Positions 59,988 to 64,000 of a stretch of DNA of 64,000 bases are shown here, piece by piece (position 1 is the first letter of the stretch; each line of letters starts with the position of its first letter). Made by a program: the position numbers and the translations under genes. Source of the DNA: Candidatus Bathyarchaeota archaeon (GTDB lineage: Archaea > Thermoproteota > Bathyarchaeia > 40CM-2-53-6); assembly GCA_963726255.1 (NCBI GenBank), contig CAVSBL010000002.1:1696001-1760000 (forward strand), written 5' to 3'. The notes under the pieces were generated by a model. The model searched no databases, was not told the origin of the DNA, and saw only the letters and a list, made by a program, of their open reading frames with translations.

Positions 59988-60395
59988 CTATCGCTTCTTT
60001 CCGTTCAGCATCATGTACGCACCGACGCCGATGAAGACTAGGGAGGCTAGCAGATTGAACACGAAAGTTAGGATAGCTACTGGAACGTACGGATTCGTGC
60101 AGTAGTACGGGTATGGGTATGGGAGCAACTGCTGTTTGCCGAAATTGTTCGGCATTGTGACATTGCTGATTATTGTACTGCTCGTAACAGTTACCGCGTT
60201 CGTAACGGGTGGAGGCGGTGGTATGCCTAACATTCCCGAGACGACTGGAATGTAGCAGTTGTAACTTAGCACGTTAGCTACTAAGTTGGATATTGAAATG
60301 AAGATTGAGACAACGGCGAAAGCCACAACGAACAATCCGACCCAGTAGAGTAGAAACTCCCTTCGGCTCGCTTCACTTCCACTCATAACAAGCAT
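59988..60395 (-). CDS. 2-TM membrane protein with a Pro/Thr-rich, Cys-bracketed loop
   Basis: Two hydrophobic helices; loop YNC...PPPPP...YYC; basic C-terminus. Confidence 0.65.
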   Translation of the reverse strand: MLVMSGSEASRREFLLYWVGLFVVAFAVVSIFISISNLVANVLSYNCYIPVVSGMLGIPPPPPVTNAVTVTSSTIISNVTMPNNFGKQQLLPYPYPYYCTNPYVPVAILTFVFNLLASLVFIGVGAYMMLNGKKR

Positions 60396-60497
60396 CCTTC
60401 AGTAAGATTCTAGGAAGCCCCGTCATAAAAGTCCACAGAATAGAACAAGCCGTTTGGACCAAACTATAAATGAAGACCACCGCGGAACCGCATTCTG

Positions 60498-61409
60498 ATG
60501 AACATGAAATCTCTCACCCCGCATTTCTTGAGTCGTAGACGATTGGTTGGAATTTTCATCGTCGTGTTTGTGTTGGCTGGCGCTCTGGTGGGTTACGCGT
60601 CACAAACTCAAAGCTTCCCCGGCCCGAGTTTAGGCGGTTACGCTGCGGCCAATGGCTCTGCGGTTCCAAGCGTTCCTGGAGCCAATCAGCAAATCACTTT
60701 CGGAACCACGGTGGCAACTGCGACAGCCCCAGCCGGTTCCTACTCAACATCCTTCGGCGGGCGTATGGTTGAGCTTGATGGTTACTTGACGATTCAGGTG
60801 GATGATTTGAAGGCGGCGACTGATCAGGCTGCGCGGTTGGCCGCGTTATTCAACGGTTATGTTGCCGCTTCAGCCTTCGATGACAGCGGGTCTGGCGCAA
60901 GCATTACTCTGCGCATCCCAGAGGGCAACTTCACATCAGCAATGCACAGCCTCTCAAGCCTCGGTGTCGTGAAGGCTCAGTCGATATCGAGCAATGACGT
61001 GACCGAACAGTACGTCAACCTTCAGGCCCAGCTTGAATCATACACGACTGAAGAAGCTGTGTTACTTCGAATATTGAATTCATCAAAAACCGTTACGGAA
61101 GCGTTAGACACTGAGAACGCGATCCAGAACACGCAAGCTCAGATCAATGACCTCGAAGGCCAATTGCAGATAATGCAACGCCTCGTTGCCTTCGGTACGA
61201 TCAATATTCAGCTCATACGTCCGGCCCAGAGTCCAACCTTGGATTTTGGTGACGCGTTGAACTCAGCTCTGCTGGCGTTCTACACGGTTACGAAGGGAAT
61301 GCTGATACTTGGCGCATCACTTGTCCCAATAGCAATAATCGGCGGCATAGTCTACGTTCCATACAGGCGCTTCGCACAGAAGAAGCCGAAGCCCGTTGAG
61401 GCTCACTGA
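60498..61409 (+). CDS. DUF4349-like membrane protein
   Basis: N-terminal TM, GYV, LRIP..F, DVTEQY..L..Q, coiled coil, C-terminal TM. Confidence 0.8.
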   Translation: MNMKSLTPHFLSRRRLVGIFIVVFVLAGALVGYASQTQSFPGPSLGGYAAANGSAVPSVPGANQQITFGTTVATATAPAGSYSTSFGGRMVELDGYLTIQVDDLKAATDQAARLAALFNGYVAASAFDDSGSGASITLRIPEGNFTSAMHSLSSLGVVKAQSISSNDVTEQYVNLQAQLESYTTEEAVLLRILNSSKTVTEALDTENAIQNTQAQINDLEGQLQIMQRLVAFGTINIQLIRPAQSPTLDFGDALNSALLAFYTVTKGMLILGASLVPIAIIGGIVYVPYRRFAQKKPKPVEAH

Positions 61410-62090
61410 TTGCCCTCCGAAAGCGACGAAATTAGAAGGCTACTGAAACAACTCTACTTGCTTAGGTTGACGCTGTACCTGAGCTTCTTAGTCGCCCTAG
61501 GAACTACGGCTTTCATATTTCTCCCCGCATTCTTCCTATTTTCAGGTTATGGGCCTGCCGCGCCCGCCGCCCAGACAACATTCGCAACCACAACAGCAAC
61601 ACTCGCAAGTACCACAGCTACGACGCTGTTCACGAGTACTCCTTCGATTCCTGGACCGTTTGGTGTGGCAGGGCCCCCGTCGCCAAATCTGCTGAGCAAT
61701 TTCGGTTTGACCGCGCTGATTTCTTGGACAGTTTTTGGGGCGGCCCTCATATGGCGTGGGCACGTGCGATCAGTCTGGGGTCAAAGCCGCTTCAGCTATG
61801 ACACCTTCAGGCTTCTGGTGAGAATGCGCGGGGCCCAAACACGCCTCAAGCTCATGCATTCCCTCAACTCACCCAGGAACAAGCTACAGCTTGCAACCGC
61901 CCTACGAATAGACTGGAAAGCCGTAGACAAACATGTTCAGGTACTCGAGAAAAATGGCTTAATCCATGCATCGTCGACCAGTGGAACCGCAACCTTCTAC
62001 GAGGTCACCGAGAAAGGTAAAGACCTGCTTCAAGTTCTCGAACAGTTGGGTACTGAAAGCTCCCCTGACAGCAATCCACATTCCGGTTAA
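61410..62090 (+). CDS. Membrane-tethered winged-helix regulator
   Basis: Two TM helices around a Thr-rich loop, then MRGA.TR..L...L..PRNK.QLA..L.IDWKAVD.H..VL...GLI...YE.T.KG. Confidence 0.8.
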   Translation: MPSESDEIRRLLKQLYLLRLTLYLSFLVALGTTAFIFLPAFFLFSGYGPAAPAAQTTFATTTATLASTTATTLFTSTPSIPGPFGVAGPPSPNLLSNFGLTALISWTVFGAALIWRGHVRSVWGQSRFSYDTFRLLVRMRGAQTRLKLMHSLNSPRNKLQLATALRIDWKAVDKHVQVLEKNGLIHASSTSGTATFYEVTEKGKDLLQVLEQLGTESSPDSNPHSG

Positions 62091-62207
62091 CGTGGACGGT
62101 GAAGAAGTTGGGTTGGTCATGCTTGGACTCCTTAGAGCAGCCGTGATAGCTCCTGTTGTACAAGCACTTTAGGCGACGCCATTCATCTTAACGAAATGTG
62201 AGATACA

Positions 62208-62939
62208 ATGGAGGATCGTCAGGACGCGTATGGCCACCAAATGTACGATTACCTGAGAAAGACCAGGGAGGTTTCGGAGATTGTGGAGCGGGATGACGGT
62301 TTCTTTGGTGTTTCCACGGGTGCAAAGTACTATTTTTCAGAATACAGGAGTTGGCACGACCGCGAAAGGAAAGCCATGCGATACGTGACGGGGAGAGTTC
62401 TTGATGTTGGGTGTGGTGCAGGACGGGTTTCCCTCTACCTGCAGAAGAAAGAGTTCGACGTCTTAGGCCTCGACGTATCCCCGCAGGCGATACGTGTCTG
62501 CAAGATTCGGGGCCTCAAGAACGCTCGCGTCATGCCAATAACGAAAATCAGTTCAAAGCTGGGTAGATTTGATACCGTGATAATGTTCGGAAACAACTTC
62601 GGCCTCTTCGGCAGCTGGAAAAGGGCTAAATGGCTACTCAAACGGTTCCACCGAATGACGACGGAGCATGCAAGAATCATCGCTGAGAGCCTCGATCCAT
62701 ACAATACCAATGACCCCGCTCACTTGCACTACCATAAGCTGAGCAGGCGAAGGGGCAGGATGGCAGGTCAGCTGAGGATACGGGTTCGGTACAGGGAATA
62801 CGCGACGCCTTGGTTCGACTATTTGCTCGTATCCAAACGAGAGATGCGCGACATACTGAAAGGTACAGGGTGGAGATTGAAGCGAACGCTGGATTCATCA
62901 AGGTCTCCAGCATACATTGCCGTTATTGAGAAGAAGTGA
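62208..62939 (+). CDS. Class I SAM-dependent methyltransferase
   Basis: IVERDDG, VLDVGCGAGR, FDT..M.GNN.G. Confidence 0.88.
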   Translation: MEDRQDAYGHQMYDYLRKTREVSEIVERDDGFFGVSTGAKYYFSEYRSWHDRERKAMRYVTGRVLDVGCGAGRVSLYLQKKEFDVLGLDVSPQAIRVCKIRGLKNARVMPITKISSKLGRFDTVIMFGNNFGLFGSWKRAKWLLKRFHRMTTEHARIIAESLDPYNTNDPAHLHYHKLSRRRGRMAGQLRIRVRYREYATPWFDYLLVSKREMRDILKGTGWRLKRTLDSSRSPAYIAVIEKK

Positions 62940-63008
62940 GTAGGTTGGACGGATGTGGGTCGGTGAGGGTAAGAGGTAATTCCTCTCGTCGTGACCTGTG
63001 TGTTATCT

Positions 63009-63947
63009 ATGGATAATTTCGCTGACCGTTTGATTGACGCTGTCAAGAGGAAAGGCAATCCATGTGTCGTCGGGTTGGACCCTCGGGTTGACCAAATGCC
63101 TAATTTCATTACGGATGCCCTCACGGAAAAGTCTCCTGAAAGCGTTCGCCAAGCTATCACGCACTTTCACCGCACAGTCTTAGATGCGGCAGCGCAGTTG
63201 GTACCTGCGGTTAAACCGCAAATCGCCTTCTACGAACAATACGGCCTGGGCGGCATTTTGGCGTTCATGGACACTATTCAGATGGCCAAAGAGCGCGGGT
63301 TGATTGTGATTGTTGATGCGAAGCGGAATGATGTCGCAGCGACAGCGGAGGCTTATGCTAACGCGTTCCTGGGACGCACTCGACTGCCTTGGGGAGATGA
63401 ACCGGCATTCGATGCCGATTGCGTTACCATCTCACCCTTCCTTGGTCGTGACAGCTTGAACCCGTTCCTGAGGGCTTGCAGCAAGTACGGCAAAGGCGTT
63501 TTCATACTTGTTAAGACCTCTAACCCTGGATCACGCGACCTACAAGATGTGAAAGAAGCGGAATCGGGACAGCCAATCTACGTTCGCCTAGCCCGCACTG
63601 TCGCCGAATTGGGTCAGGAAACGATCGGGAAGAATGGTTACAGTTCAGTTGGGGCTGTGGTCGGTGCAACTTTTCCAGAACAGGCCAAAGAACTTAGGCA
63701 GCTAATGCCTCGCTCGATCATTCTGGTCCCAGGGTACGGATCACAGGGAGGAACCGCTCAGGACGCCGCCAAATGCTTCAACCCTGACGGGTTTGGAGCC
63801 ATAGTTAACGCATCCAGAAGCATAACATACACATTTCAAACTCCGAACGTCTCAGAAAAAGAGTATGCACATCTCGTTCGCAACAATGTTGAGAAAATGG
63901 CTGCGGAACTAAACACTGCGATACGTCGCCACGCGGGTATGAAGTAA
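63009..63947 (+). CDS. pyrF: Orotidine-5'-phosphate decarboxylase (subfamily 2)
   Basis: VGLDP, KPQIAFYE, DAKRND...T..AYA, VKTSN, GAVVGAT, LVPGYG.QGG, NASR. Confidence 0.95.
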   Translation: MDNFADRLIDAVKRKGNPCVVGLDPRVDQMPNFITDALTEKSPESVRQAITHFHRTVLDAAAQLVPAVKPQIAFYEQYGLGGILAFMDTIQMAKERGLIVIVDAKRNDVAATAEAYANAFLGRTRLPWGDEPAFDADCVTISPFLGRDSLNPFLRACSKYGKGVFILVKTSNPGSRDLQDVKEAESGQPIYVRLARTVAELGQETIGKNGYSSVGAVVGATFPEQAKELRQLMPRSIILVPGYGSQGGTAQDAAKCFNPDGFGAIVNASRSITYTFQTPNVSEKEYAHLVRNNVEKMAAELNTAIRRHAGMK

Positions 63948-64000
63948 TAGTTCACGAACTCAACAAACGAGGCGTTATCAATTGGGCGAGCTTCTGATTC

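Overview
Archaeal chromosomal window (Alba, CobY/CobZ, thiolase + DUF35 OB-fold pair, RAD55/KaiC-like protein, GGAGGTGA-type RBSs, many TTG/GTG starts). Bathyarchaeia-like affiliation is an inference. It is mostly metabolic: B12-dependent ribonucleotide reductase, serS, a coproporphyrin-type heme operon (rSAM-tetR-hemC-hemD-hemB[frameshifted]-chdC-hemE-cpfC), acyl-CoA/amine catabolism genes around an unexplained ferritin-like diiron protein, a 2-oxoacid dehydrogenase complex with lipA/lipB, and a cobamide salvage block (cobZ-cobS-cobY-cblT-cblS plus a second ECF S-component). The clearest unannotated structure is a pair of related IS6-like cargo elements found by reading the DNA. A 3232-bp element (9104-12335) has ~58-bp imperfect TIRs and a perfect 8-bp TSD (ATCGTGGT). 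It carries a transposase relic, a wHTH-like gene, three unknown ORFs and a divergent dCTP deaminase, and it sits in the last codons of the ferrochelatase gene. A 430-bp transposase-free element (25832-26261) has related TIRs, a perfect 8-bp TSD (CCCGATGC) and one small membrane-protein gene. Other signals: two probable ACG start codons, a candidate TetR operator over the heme-operon TATA box, and an amber-interrupted arsC-like gene. No rRNA, tRNA or CRISPR array was recognised. All family assignments come from motif recognition, not database searches.
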